Of a DNA stretch of 64,000 bases, positions 1 through 10,057 are shown piece by piece (position 1 is the first letter of the stretch; every line of letters starts with the position of its first letter). The position numbers and the translations under genes are program-made. The DNA lies in NCBI GenBank assembly GCA_963674825.1, contig OY771587.1, positions 32,001 through 96,000 on the forward strand, written 5' to 3'. Under the pieces are notes generated by a model. It had not been told where the DNA came from. It ran no database searches and saw only the letters and a list, made by a program, of their open reading frames with translations. The DNA is from Candidatus Cloacimonadales bacterium (GTDB lineage: Bacteria > Cloacimonadota > Cloacimonadia > Cloacimonadales > JAIOQZ01).

Positions 1-1
1 C

Positions 2-802
2 GAAAAGCGGATTCTGGAATGGGACGGCGACCCCAATCGCGTTCCGACTGCCGACAAGAAATATATCTGGATCGATATTTTTGCTCGTTGGCGCATCGCG
101 GACCCATTGACTTTCTTCCAGTCTGTTAACACCGAGAACGTAGCACACAGCCGCCTGGACGGTATCATCGATGGTAAAACGCGTGACATCATCGCGAAGA
201 ATACGCTCATCGAGATCGTACGGAACTCCGACCGTCAGATGGAATTCGCTGTTGACGATGTTCCGACATTCGAAGAGATGATGAAAGAACAGGATCAGCG
301 AGAAGGCAAAACCGCGTCGGATATGGAAGATCAGAACTTCAATTCTTCTGAAGGAAGGCGACATCAGATCGCGGTGGAGATTCTGGAAAAAGCGAAGATA
401 GACGCAGAATTGCTTGGCATTGAACTTGTCGATGTTCGCATCAAACGCGTAAACTACGAAGATCAGGTGCGTCAAAAAGTATATGACCGCATGGTCTCTG
501 AACGACAAAAAATATCCGCATGGTACCGATCTACTGGTGAAGGTGAAAAAGCCCGTATCCTGGGTGAGATGAAAAAGGAACTGGATCGAATCGAATCAGA
601 AGCCTACCGTGAAGCTCAGGAGATACAGGGTCGTGCAGATGCAGAAGCCACACGGCTATACGCTGAAGCATACGAGAAGAATCCTGAATTCTTCGAATTC
701 ATCAAGACACTCGAGTCTTATAAAAAGACCATGAACGAGAAAGGGACGCTGATCCTTTCGACGGACAGCGACTATCTGCAAGAACTTAAAGAAGGTAAAT
801 AA
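2..802 (+). CDS. hflC: Protease modulator HflC (5'-truncated by window edge)
   Basis: Open frame from position 2 ([35 protein letters not shown]); HflC motifs [34 protein letters not shown]. Confidence 0.92.
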   Translation, partial: EKRILEWDGDPNRVPTADKKYIWIDIFARWRIADPLTFFQSVNTENVAHSRLDGIIDGKTRDIIAKNTLIEIVRNSDRQMEFAVDDVPTFEEMMKEQDQREGKTASDMEDQNFNSSEGRRHQIAVEILEKAKIDAELLGIELVDVRIKRVNYEDQVRQKVYDRMVSERQKISAWYRSTGEGEKARILGEMKKELDRIESEAYREAQEIQGRADAEATRLYAEAYEKNPEFFEFIKTLESYKKTMNEKGTLILSTDSDYLQELKEGK

Positions 803-818
803 AGCATTTGGAGGAAAC

Positions 819-2156
819 ATGAAGATCGCGATAATCGGAACAGGATATGTCGGTCTGGTTACTGGCACCTGTTTTGCCGATGTTGGCAACAATGTCATAT
901 GCGTGGATAACGATACAAGCAAGATCGATCGTTTGAACAATGGCGAGATCCCGATCTACGAACCGGGCCTTGATCGTCTGGTTATCCGTAATTTCAAAGA
1001 AGGTCGCCTTACGTTTACGACCGATATTAAAAAAGCTGTGGAAGAATCACTGATTTGCTTCATCGCGGTGGGTACACCTCCGGATGAGGACGGATCTGCC
1101 GACCTTAGCTATGTTCTCGCTGTTGCGAAAGATATCGCAACCTACATGAACGATTATAAGATCGTTGTCGATAAATCTACGGTACCGGTCGGAACGGGCG
1201 ATAAGGTCAAAGCCCTGATTGATCAGGTTCTGAAAGAACGCGGAGCTGATTACGAATTCGACGTGGTTTCCAATCCCGAATTCCTTAAAGAAGGCGCAGC
1301 GATCGACGACTTCATGAAACCCGACCGCATCGTGATCGGAAGCGACAACGTTCGCGTCCGTGAGCTCATGCGCGTTCTCTATTCACCGTTTGCCCGTGCG
1401 CATGAGAAAGTGATTTTCATGTCGCTTCGCTCTGCCGAGATGACCAAGTACGCCGCCAACTCAATGCTGGCAACAAAGATCTCATTCATGAATGAAATCG
1501 CGACCCTTTGCGAGAAGTTGGGCGCTGACGTGGGCGAAGTTCGCCACGGTATCGGCTCTGATTCGCGCATTGGCTATAAATTTATTTATCCGGGTGTCGG
1601 CTACGGTGGAAGCTGCTTCCCAAAAGATGTCAAAGCCCTGATCCATATGGCGAACAAGAATGGTATCCTTCCACAGCTCATGCAAGCCGTCGAAGATGTC
1701 AATGCGCGCCAAAAAATGCTTCTCGCTGAAAAAGCGATCGCGCACTTCGGTGGCGATATCAAAGGCAAGAAGCTTGCACTGTGGGGTCTCTCATTCAAAC
1801 CCGAGACCGACGATATGCGTGAAGCACCTGCAATCATCATTATTGAAGCGTTACTTGAAGCTGGAGCAGAAATTGTCGCGTACGATCCGGTTGCAATCGA
1901 AGAATCCAAGAGACGCTTTGGTGAACGCGATGGCCTCACCTATGCGGATAGCAGCTATGCTGCGCTTGAAGGTGCAGATGCACTTCTGCTGATTACCGAA
2001 TGGCACCAGTTCCGCTATCCCGATTTCGAGAAGATTAAATCGCTGCTGAAGACTCCGGTCGTATTCGATGGAAGAAATCAGTACAGCTATTCGAAGCTCA
2101 AAGCGATGGGCTTCACCTATTACGGAATCGGCCTTGGAGACCAGGCAAACTCCTGA
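819..2156 (+). CDS. ugd: UDP-glucose 6-dehydrogenase
   Basis: GTGYVG Rossmann motif, [17 protein letters not shown], catalytic [18 protein letters not shown]. Confidence 0.96.
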   Translation: MKIAIIGTGYVGLVTGTCFADVGNNVICVDNDTSKIDRLNNGEIPIYEPGLDRLVIRNFKEGRLTFTTDIKKAVEESLICFIAVGTPPDEDGSADLSYVLAVAKDIATYMNDYKIVVDKSTVPVGTGDKVKALIDQVLKERGADYEFDVVSNPEFLKEGAAIDDFMKPDRIVIGSDNVRVRELMRVLYSPFARAHEKVIFMSLRSAEMTKYAANSMLATKISFMNEIATLCEKLGADVGEVRHGIGSDSRIGYKFIYPGVGYGGSCFPKDVKALIHMANKNGILPQLMQAVEDVNARQKMLLAEKAIAHFGGDIKGKKLALWGLSFKPETDDMREAPAIIIIEALLEAGAEIVAYDPVAIEESKRRFGERDGLTYADSSYAALEGADALLLITEWHQFRYPDFEKIKSLLKTPVVFDGRNQYSYSKLKAMGFTYYGIGLGDQANS

Positions 2157-2595
2157 CGAATACTGGATGGGACTTGCCCTCGAGGAAGCTCGCAAGGCGG
2201 CTGCGCTGGATGAGGTTCCAATTGGGGCAGTAATCGTAAAAGATGAGAAAATTGTCGCAACCGGTTATAACCTGACTCGCAACTGCGGCAATCCTTTAGC
2301 TCACGCCGAGAAGATCGCGATCGAAAAAGTTATCGATTCGGGTGAGAAATTCCTTTACGATTATACGCTGTTTGTGACGATTGAACCTTGCCTGATGTGT
2401 GCGGGAGCAATCATCTGGAGCCGGGTTGGACGTGTTGTTTTCGGCGCGTACGATGCCAAGGCAGGAGCGGTTGGTTCGATCTACAATGTCCTTCGGGACA
2501 AGAGCGTGAATCATCACCCGGAAGTCATTTCCGGTGTCAGAGAAGCCGAATGCTCTCAGCTGATTCAGGAGTTCTTTCAAAACAAACGTAATTGA
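2134..2595 (+). CDS. tadA: tRNA adenosine(34) deaminase
   Basis: [38 protein letters not shown]. Start uncertain (TTG 2134 chosen; ORF open from 2068). Confidence 0.9.
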   Translation: METRQTPDEYWMGLALEEARKAAALDEVPIGAVIVKDEKIVATGYNLTRNCGNPLAHAEKIAIEKVIDSGEKFLYDYTLFVTIEPCLMCAGAIIWSRVGRVVFGAYDAKAGAVGSIYNVLRDKSVNHHPEVISGVREAECSQLIQEFFQNKRN

Positions 2596-2608
2596 TATAA
2601 GAAAATGC

Positions 2609-2698
2609 GGAGAGGTGCCGGAGCGGTTGAACGGGGCGGTCTCGAAAACCGTTGAATGCTTACGCATTCCCAGGGTTCGAATCCCTGCCTCTCCGCCA
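2609..2698 (+). tRNA. tRNA-Ser (anticodon CGA)
   Basis: Acceptor stem GGAGAGG/CCTCTCC, anticodon arm GCGGT-CT CGA AA-ACCGT, long variable arm GAATGC/GCATTC, GTTCGAATC T-loop, discriminator G and encoded CCA. Confidence 0.96.
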
Positions 2699-2724
2699 TT
2701 TTTGTAGCTACAATTCTATATGAA

Positions 2725-2751
2725 GCCACCTTTTATGGTGGCGTTTTTTTT
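2725..2751 (+). terminator. Intrinsic terminator after tRNA-Ser
   Basis: GCCACC-ttttat-GGTGGC followed by a T8 run. Confidence 0.75.
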
Positions 2752-2787
2752 GGGGGGAAAAAGTCCCTGTGTCTGCCCGTTTCTCTT

Positions 2788-2954
2788 CCCTAGGAACGCG
2801 GACGTCCTCGTCCGCATTGGTTTTCAGATCCCCTGAAATCATCTTCTGAATGTGCCGAACAGCGTGAGGCTCTTCCGATTGTTGGTTTCATGGGTTGTGT
2901 ATTATTGAAGAAGAATTGGGATATTGATGCCAAGCTGGGGCTTGGCGCTCCAAA
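2788..2954. repeat. Inverted pair of REP-type palindromes
   Basis: 2788-2816 ccctaggaacGCGGACGtcctCGTCCGCa matches the reverse complement of the unit at 46958-46990. 2927-2954 atGCCAAGCtgggGCTTGGCgctccaaa is identical to 46847-46874. Confidence 0.8.
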
Positions 2955-3194
2955 TGGATTGTAGGTGCTAATCTCCGAGCAGCGCTTCCTCTGGCTCGCT
3001 ATCGTTTCACTCGGGATTCGTGTTTGCAAGCAAACACACAGGAGGTCGAGCAATACAAAGCAATACTTGAGGCATCATCGATTGCCGTGTCGTCCTTCGA
3101 TACAATCCGACACGTCGGGTCACTCAGTGTGATACGGGATGAAGGCGAAAGGGGATGCGTCTCACCCTCACCAACTCGTGACTCTTTACGGGTA

Positions 3195-4997
3195 CTATTT
3201 CTCCTCACTCAGCGTTACCATCTTGGTCTCATGGCTATAGAAATCGAAAACGTACTGATTACTTTCCCGGTAGCGTTCCAGAATCTTCTGGATGCGATTT
3301 ACGGAGTTGTTCAAGCGCTTGAGATAGGTTTTCTCCTTTTCAGTGAGATTCCTCTCCCCCAGCGACGCAACAAGCAGCTCCAGATTACCCTGAATGACCA
3401 TCAGCGGTTGATTGATTTCATGGTTGGCCGTGACCGCCATCGCCAGCGCTGAGTTACGCCGTTCAAGATCGATCATTTCATTGCCTTGCTGCATAAGCCT
3501 CTTGTTGGCTTCCTTCAGGTCGGTGTTGATCTTCTCAAGTTCTTCGGATTCCTTTTTCTTGAGCTTGAGCTCGAGCTGCGCGGTAACTTCCTCGACCTTC
3601 TTCGCCATGCTCTCGCCGGTATGTTGATCTCGCAGCATGTTCTCATCGCGTAGAAGATCGGAAGATTTCCTGAATACTTCGCACGCTTCTTCAAACTGAT
3701 TCAGGCGCATTAAGGTGAGGCCTTTGCTGTCCAGCATATCCGCGTATGCGCGATAATGCCACAGTATAAGCTTCTTCGCCTGAATCTCGTCGATGAGCTT
3801 CCGGGCTTCCTCAAGTCGCTCTTCAATCCAGTCGAATGTCTTGATGTCTTTACGGTTATGGGCGTCTTCCGCCAGCATATAGCTCATGACGTTGATGGTC
3901 TCAATGAGCTCGTATTTGTTGCCGTGCTCCAGCGCTGTGTCATAGGATAATCGCACATAATCCACGGCTTTATTGATCTGCCCAGTATGCTGACAGACAA
4001 TGGACAGGTTGTTCAGCAGTGGCACTGTCTCCCGTTTCAGGTTCCCCTGAAGATATACGCCCAGTGCTTTCTCGTAGTACTCACGAGCTTTCTCCGACTC
4101 ACGCATCTTCATATAAACAAGCCCGACATTATTCAACGAAGACGCATATCCACCAGGGCTACCGAGCCTGTCGTAGATCTCCGCGGATTTCTGATAATAC
4201 TCAAGCGCCAGTTCAGAATGATTGTTGTCCATGTAGATATTGCCAAGGGTGAGTAAGTTTCCGGCGAGTGTTTTTTCCAAATTGTGCTGTTCACAGATAT
4301 CTCTTGCTTTTGAGAGGCAGTTGATCGCTTCTTCATCCTCACCCTGCCGATTGAGGATATTCCCCATCTTGCTCCAGGCGTTTGCTTTGGCATGAGGCGT
4401 CATGATATCCTGATAATCATCAAGAATACGCTGCAAATAACGGCGACAGACGACGTAATCGCCCTTGAGCCATTGTAGTGTCACCTGAAGGTGTAACGTC
4501 TTGAGAATCTCGATTCGATTCCCTGATGGCTCATAATATTCCTGTGACTGGTCAATAAAGGGTTCGGCTTCTTTGTCGCGGTCTTCGTGTAAAAGTAGGG
4601 TGGCCGTCAGCTGGTTCAGCTTCGCAGACAAGTCGTCTAGATTTATTTCTTTCACTTTGGGTGTGATATCCACCAGCAAATCGAACGCCTGTTTATAATC
4701 TTCGTTTCGGATAAGCTCATAAATCCACAGAAACTCAAAACGAACTACGTCCCCAGCTGTACCGTTGCGACGGACGAGCTCACAGATATCCTCATACAGC
4801 TCGATATCCGGCTTCTGTGCTCTACGATCCTGGTAGTAACTGCTGGCATCGAACAAAATCCTGTGGAGTTCTGTTATCTGGTTCTGTACTTCTGCTTTTT
4901 CCAAAGCAGATTCAACCTTTTTCATGAAATCACGCAGATCAATCTGATCAAAGTCTGCGGTTCTGAGATCTTCCATAGCTTGGATGAATGTGTTCAT
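3195..4997 (-). CDS. TPR-repeat protein with C-terminal HisKA (DHp) helix pair and no kinase ATPase domain
   Basis: Multiple TPRs (ASSLNNVGLVYMKMRESEKAREYYEKAL), coiled coil, H-box AVTANHEINQPLMVIQGNLELL. Confidence 0.8.
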   Translation of the reverse strand: MNTFIQAMEDLRTADFDQIDLRDFMKKVESALEKAEVQNQITELHRILFDASSYYQDRRAQKPDIELYEDICELVRRNGTAGDVVRFEFLWIYELIRNEDYKQAFDLLVDITPKVKEINLDDLSAKLNQLTATLLLHEDRDKEAEPFIDQSQEYYEPSGNRIEILKTLHLQVTLQWLKGDYVVCRRYLQRILDDYQDIMTPHAKANAWSKMGNILNRQGEDEEAINCLSKARDICEQHNLEKTLAGNLLTLGNIYMDNNHSELALEYYQKSAEIYDRLGSPGGYASSLNNVGLVYMKMRESEKAREYYEKALGVYLQGNLKRETVPLLNNLSIVCQHTGQINKAVDYVRLSYDTALEHGNKYELIETINVMSYMLAEDAHNRKDIKTFDWIEERLEEARKLIDEIQAKKLILWHYRAYADMLDSKGLTLMRLNQFEEACEVFRKSSDLLRDENMLRDQHTGESMAKKVEEVTAQLELKLKKKESEELEKINTDLKEANKRLMQQGNEMIDLERRNSALAMAVTANHEINQPLMVIQGNLELLVASLGERNLTEKEKTYLKRLNNSVNRIQKILERYRESNQYVFDFYSHETKMVTLSEEK

Positions 4998-5190
4998 TAT
5001 TATCTGCTTCCCGACAAATTTTCATATAGATGAATCAATAGGATATCATCATATATCTTGTCAATCATTACCCATTTTATGCATTGAACTCATGCGACAC
5101 ATTTTCCTGTAAGATATTGATAACCGCTATTTTACTTATTCGGTAAATTTTGCGTATAGCTTGCTATAGCTGGATTCACTTTTTTCCAGA

Positions 5191-5619
5191 TCAATCGTAG
5201 AGGAAATACTTCCTCGAGAAAAAATTCCAGATATAGACGAACGGGTTGGTCAGAATGTTAGAGATGACATAATAGATACAAAGCTTGGATGTGAAGATCC
5301 ACAGGAAAAATTCATAGATGATCAAGCCGAAGAGATTGATCACAAGGAACGTGGACAGCTCGTAGAGCTTGCTATGATGCTCCCTGCTGTGAAACACCCA
5401 TTTCACTCCGATGATGTAATTGATCACCAGATACACGGAAAATGCGATTGCACCGGCGAACATATAGTGAAGATTCGCCAATTCCTTGAGCACAACCAAT
5501 ACCGTGAGCTCGATAAACCACGTCAGCGCTGCTGTAAGAGCGTAGCGGATCGATTGAACCCATGTGTTCTTCGTGCGTTTTCGAAAGACTCTGTGGAAGA
5601 TTTTTGCGGGTGAAATCAC
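5191..5619 (-). CDS. GtrA family membrane protein
   Basis: Four TM helices; Q.IRY, INY...KWVF, WNFFSRKYFLY pattern. Confidence 0.85.
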   Translation of the reverse strand: MISPAKIFHRVFRKRTKNTWVQSIRYALTAALTWFIELTVLVVLKELANLHYMFAGAIAFSVYLVINYIIGVKWVFHSREHHSKLYELSTFLVINLFGLIIYEFFLWIFTSKLCIYYVISNILTNPFVYIWNFFSRKYFLYD

Positions 5620-5634
5620 GACCTCCCGTCAGGC

Positions 5635-7362
5635 TCATTCTTTATCAGGAAAGTATCTCCGGTATGACTTTGCGCTCAGCTTCTGCAAATCGAACAGACC
5701 AAGCCCGTCAACCGTGTTGGAGAAACTTTCGTCCACTCCAAAATCTATAAAGGTCAAACCACCGTAATCGCATAACCTCGTATATTCCTTGTAAAGAACC
5801 GGAATAGTGAATCCCATTCCCTTGAGCGCGATCTTCATATTCGTAAATTCTTCGGTGTAATTTTCGCCGTTGAGAGTTGCTTCGGCTTCCTCTTCGGCTT
5901 TTTTTGACAGCACAAACTGCTTCTTCGCAACCGCCAGATTCTGGTCATTACCGTACCATTTCTTGTAGTAATAAACCATCATGGATTTCGCAAGTTCATT
6001 GTACGAATCGCTGATGCTGATACATCCGAACATCCAGCGTATCTCGGGGTTGCGGGTCAGGAATGCGCCGATTCCCTTCCATAAATACTCCAGCGCATGG
6101 CTCTTCCAATACTTGTATTGCACGAAGCTGCGCCCAAGTTCAACACAATTTGCCAGAATCGGATGAAAATCCTCGCTAAAATCGAATAGCGATGCCGAAT
6201 AAAAAGCATCTGGACCGAACTTCTGCATGATCTCGCGTCCATCGCCGATGCGATAAGAGCCCATAATCTCGAGGTTCTCATCGTCCCAGACGACGATATG
6301 CTTGTAATAAGCATCGTATTCATCCGTATCCAGCTTACCGCCAGTACCTTCACCAACCTTGCGGAAGGTTTGCTCGCGAAGGCGCGAAATCTCGCGGATG
6401 ATATGAGGAGCTTTGTCCCCATGCACCAGATAGACATGCTTCTTCTCTTGCGGTTTCACAAGAAATTCTGCGTCAGCGAGCTCTTCACGCAGGTGATGCT
6501 TTGGAACTGGATGTATGATCGTCTTGACCGTCTTGAAGACGCCCTTACGTCCCTGACCTAACCGATAAACATGCTTCTTGAGCAGCTTCGTCACGTCATT
6601 CAAATTCATACCGGATGCCTTCAAAACGCTAGGCGGAATCGGGTCACCGATCTTGAAAGTTATATTGTGGTTCCGCTTTCGGAAGATTTCATCTGCCAGC
6701 AGGAACGTGGAGAAATTTCTATGTAGCAGCGAGAAGCAATAGAATCCTGGGGAATTAAAGCCTTTCACGAACACAGGCAGAATAGGTGCATCGAATTTCT
6801 GCGCGAACTGCACAGCGCCTTTCTTCCAATACCCGTCACGGATACCTTTGACACCAAAACGCGAAACCTCGGCAGCCGGGAAGAAAATCACCGCTTCTTC
6901 GTTGAGAAGCGCATTACGGATACGATTTACCGATTCCTTCTGATTCTTCGTTGAAAAAACATCGAATGGTATTGCGAATTCCTGCAGCGGTTCGAACATC
7001 ATCAGAAGATCGTTCAGGACGATTCTTACGTCCTTTCGTATCTCGTAGATCATCTTGATCAGCGCAACGCCGTCCATAGCTCCCAGCGGGTGGTTTGCCA
7101 CGATTACGAGCTTTCCTTCCGAAGGGATTTTCTCACGGTCGCTGTTGGAAATCAAGTATGAGAAGTTCAGGTATTCAAACATCGTCTCAATGAAACGAAT
7201 TCCCCGCTTGTCATGGTGGAGATCGACAAATTCGTTAACCTCCCGAGCATGCACAACGCGTTCAAGGAAGTGATACACCAACGATCTCATGAAACCAGGG
7301 TAGCGACTCATGAAGTTTTCACTCTTCGCGTTAATCGCTTCTCTGAGGTCGATTTTCTGCAT
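5635..7362 (-). CDS. PlsC-type acyltransferase / OlsB-like GNAT fusion (OlsF-like ornithine-lipid synthase)
   Basis: N-terminal VANHPLGAMDG and FFPAAEVSR; C-terminal EISRLREQTFRKVGEG, DTDEYD, GSYR, ELGRSFV, LWKGIG. Confidence 0.8.
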   Translation of the reverse strand: MQKIDLREAINAKSENFMSRYPGFMRSLVYHFLERVVHAREVNEFVDLHHDKRGIRFIETMFEYLNFSYLISNSDREKIPSEGKLVIVANHPLGAMDGVALIKMIYEIRKDVRIVLNDLLMMFEPLQEFAIPFDVFSTKNQKESVNRIRNALLNEEAVIFFPAAEVSRFGVKGIRDGYWKKGAVQFAQKFDAPILPVFVKGFNSPGFYCFSLLHRNFSTFLLADEIFRKRNHNITFKIGDPIPPSVLKASGMNLNDVTKLLKKHVYRLGQGRKGVFKTVKTIIHPVPKHHLREELADAEFLVKPQEKKHVYLVHGDKAPHIIREISRLREQTFRKVGEGTGGKLDTDEYDAYYKHIVVWDDENLEIMGSYRIGDGREIMQKFGPDAFYSASLFDFSEDFHPILANCVELGRSFVQYKYWKSHALEYLWKGIGAFLTRNPEIRWMFGCISISDSYNELAKSMMVYYYKKWYGNDQNLAVAKKQFVLSKKAEEEAEATLNGENYTEEFTNMKIALKGMGFTIPVLYKEYTRLCDYGGLTFIDFGVDESFSNTVDGLGLFDLQKLSAKSYRRYFPDKE

Positions 7363-7377
7363 GAATTCTCCTGTAAT

Positions 7378-8739
7378 CTACAGATTCTCGATGTTCTTGA
7401 GCGGTTTTGGCGCGGTTCCCGGCGTTACGCCGTCACCAGAAAGGTAACCAAGAACCGGTTTTCCTTTGGGATTGCCATCATCGTCAATACGATAGAACTC
7501 GAGCGGAATACGGATAGCCTTTCCATCCTTCTCCAGGATGTCTTTGCCTTCTGCGTCGGTCTCGAACGGATTGTGTTTGAACCAGCCAATGCCGATCGCC
7601 GCAGTACCGTTTTCTTCGTTAACAGCCTTGCGCTTGGAGCCGATGAACTGGCGTTTTTCCAGCGGAACATTAGGTGAATTAATACTTGAAGTAACCACAC
7701 CCAATTCTTTGCCATCAAGATAGATAGCACGATCGACAACAATACCCTCCGTAATGACGATTGCCAAGCGCTGATCGTTATTTTTATCCTTCACAAGTGC
7801 GTCTTTACCGACGAACGATTCCTTGATCAGATCGATCGCAGCACCATAAAGCGGGGTATTGGTCGGGATCCAATCGGGGCGATATTCCTGGCCCATAAGC
7901 GGTAAACCGAATGGCCCGGCAGACATGCGGTTCTCGTCTCTTCCTCCAAGGCCGACAAGCATTCCGCCCATCTCCAGAGCACTTTCTACGATCCGCTTGA
8001 ATTCCTGCTCGCCTACATTAATCGGCACATAGAGCTCCCAACCCCAGCGGTTGGTGTAACCTGTGCGACTGATGATATAGTGATTACCGTCGTAATCGAA
8101 CTCGTTGAAGTTAAAGAAGCCCATATTCTTGTCGGGCTTGTTGCGATTTCGAAGCACATCCACACCGTATAGTTCGGAGATTAATTTATACGAATAGGGG
8201 CCTTGTATATCGATCTTGACCAGCTCGTCGGAGAGATCTTTAACAACGACATCTTCCCTATCCTTCTTGTAGCGCAGGATGAAATCGGCGTCGGACACTT
8301 TGCCTACAGACTCATCGGTGAGGTCATGTCCAGCGTTGATAACAGCGATCACCCGCTGTTCGTCCATGCGCATCAGGATCATATCGTCCATGACGCCGCC
8401 GTTTTCGTTGATCAGAAGCGTATATTTACACTGGCCGATTTTCATCGATGTGACATCGGTAGGAAGAACCCGATCCAGCAGCGCGATCGCGTCGCTTCCG
8501 CTGAATTCGATCTGCGCCATATGGTCGATGTTGAATACGGCAACCTTCTCGATCGCCTGAGCCTCTTCCAAAACGGATGTGAGGTAATTCACCGCCATAT
8601 CGTATTCGCCGAAATTGCTGCGTTTGATCGGCTCGTATTCTCGTCCGAGTCGTTCCGCAAGTAATTTCTGATACCATTCCTCAGCTTCGAAAAGCGCTGT
8701 TTTTCTGGGGGTATCCGGGATGTTCCAGCCAATAGCCAT
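7378..8739 (-). CDS. gcvT: GcvT-family aminomethyltransferase
   Basis: RKTAL, NFGEYDMAVNY, GQCKYTLL.NENGGVMDD, IQGP, ISRTGYT..WGWEL, GLGGRD; AGGAG RBS before ATG 8739. Confidence 0.8.
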   Translation of the reverse strand: MAIGWNIPDTPRKTALFEAEEWYQKLLAERLGREYEPIKRSNFGEYDMAVNYLTSVLEEAQAIEKVAVFNIDHMAQIEFSGSDAIALLDRVLPTDVTSMKIGQCKYTLLINENGGVMDDMILMRMDEQRVIAVINAGHDLTDESVGKVSDADFILRYKKDREDVVVKDLSDELVKIDIQGPYSYKLISELYGVDVLRNRNKPDKNMGFFNFNEFDYDGNHYIISRTGYTNRWGWELYVPINVGEQEFKRIVESALEMGGMLVGLGGRDENRMSAGPFGLPLMGQEYRPDWIPTNTPLYGAAIDLIKESFVGKDALVKDKNNDQRLAIVITEGIVVDRAIYLDGKELGVVTSSINSPNVPLEKRQFIGSKRKAVNEENGTAAIGIGWFKHNPFETDAEGKDILEKDGKAIRIPLEFYRIDDDGNPKGKPVLGYLSGDGVTPGTAPKPLKNIENL

Positions 8740-8880
8740 AACCAGTCTCCTTTTATGCATTTTATTTATTTTCAACATCATTACAACCAGACCACATTCG
8801 CTCGAAAAAGCTCTTTTTGTAAAGAGAATTATCTGCGTCCGGTCATACTTCATCACATCCTAAAAATCGGACAGAATTCA

Positions 8881-9777
8881 TTAATTCGGATGGGATACCA
8901 ATTTCCCGCGATTACGTCTGGCTGCATGCAGGATTTTCGGTATTTGAAGCGTAAGTGTTCCCAGCAATATCAGCCCGCAGCCAATGTAGCTTCGCATGCT
9001 CATTATCTCATGCAGGATCAGCATTCCACCGATCAAAGCAAACACGCTCTCCAGGCTGAACAGCACTGCCGCATGGGATGGAGGAGCATCGCGCTGCGCC
9101 ACGATCTGCAAGCTAAACGCGATACCAACCGACATAATACCGCCATAGGCGATCGTAATCCATGCCTCGCGTACGCCATCGAGCTGGATTTCGCCAAAGA
9201 TCATCGCTGCAATCAAGCTCAGAAAACCACACGTTATAAAGCTGTAGAAAGCAAGCGCTGTCTGGTTTCCCAAACGTGCATGACGATCGATAAACTGAAT
9301 CTGAACGGCCCATACAACCGCGCACAGGAGCACGAGGATCTCGCCGTAAGAGATGGTGAATCTTTCGTTTACACTGAGGAGGTACAATCCGATGACAGCC
9401 AACAGAACACCCATCCAGGCAAAGATACCAATGCGTTGCTTCAGAAACAACCCCAGCACAGGCACAAAAACAACGTACAAGCCTGTAATAAAACCTGCCT
9501 TGCCGGCTGATGTATAGACCAACCCAACCTGCTGGAGCGACACCGCAGTAAAAAGAATCAAGCCGAGGATAACTCCGGGAAGCGGCTTGTTCCAGCCACT
9601 CTTCTTACCCCGCAGTAGAACAATGATGTAAAGCGTCAACGCACCCAAAAGAAACCGGATCCCATTGTAGAAATACGGACCGATGAAATCCATCCCCTTG
9701 CGCTGGGCGACGAATGAAAAACCCCAGATAACCGCTGTGAACAATAACAGCAAGTCCGCCTTGATCGCTCGATTCAC
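8881..9777 (-). CDS. DMT/EamA family transporter
   Basis: IWGFSFVAQ, TSAGKAGFITGLYVVFVP, LESVFA; about 10 TM helices. Confidence 0.92.
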   Translation of the reverse strand: MNRAIKADLLLLFTAVIWGFSFVAQRKGMDFIGPYFYNGIRFLLGALTLYIIVLLRGKKSGWNKPLPGVILGLILFTAVSLQQVGLVYTSAGKAGFITGLYVVFVPVLGLFLKQRIGIFAWMGVLLAVIGLYLLSVNERFTISYGEILVLLCAVVWAVQIQFIDRHARLGNQTALAFYSFITCGFLSLIAAMIFGEIQLDGVREAWITIAYGGIMSVGIAFSLQIVAQRDAPPSHAAVLFSLESVFALIGGMLILHEIMSMRSYIGCGLILLGTLTLQIPKILHAARRNRGKLVSHPN

Positions 9778-10057
9778 GTCCTCTCCTCGATTTTTGAATA
9801 AGCCTGTTTTTCCTATATGCCATTCGTTTGCAAGGAAAAAGAAGTGTGTACCAAAAATATTTTGAGCTGGACATTGAAGCTATAGCAAGGCATTTTCAGT
9901 GTGATTCAGTTTTCCAATAGATTTTTCTGGACAAATGCCTGTCAATCATATACAAATATCCCCATAAACATCACCCTAAAACAAAAGAAAGCAGTAAGTT
10001 AGATTAGTTTCGGAACAGATTTTGCATCTTTAATATTTCACCACAAGGAGGTGTGCA

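Noticed and set aside
2609..4997. tRNA-Ser as the attachment site of an integrated island
   Set aside because: No integrase, and I saw no duplicate of the tRNA 3' end in the window.
8740..8880. Glycine riboswitch before gcvT (also preQ1 before queC, T-box before valS, TPP before the ThiB-like gene)
   Set aside because: No consensus motifs recognised; the leaders are short, AT-rich or filled by repeats. Not confirmed by cmscan.
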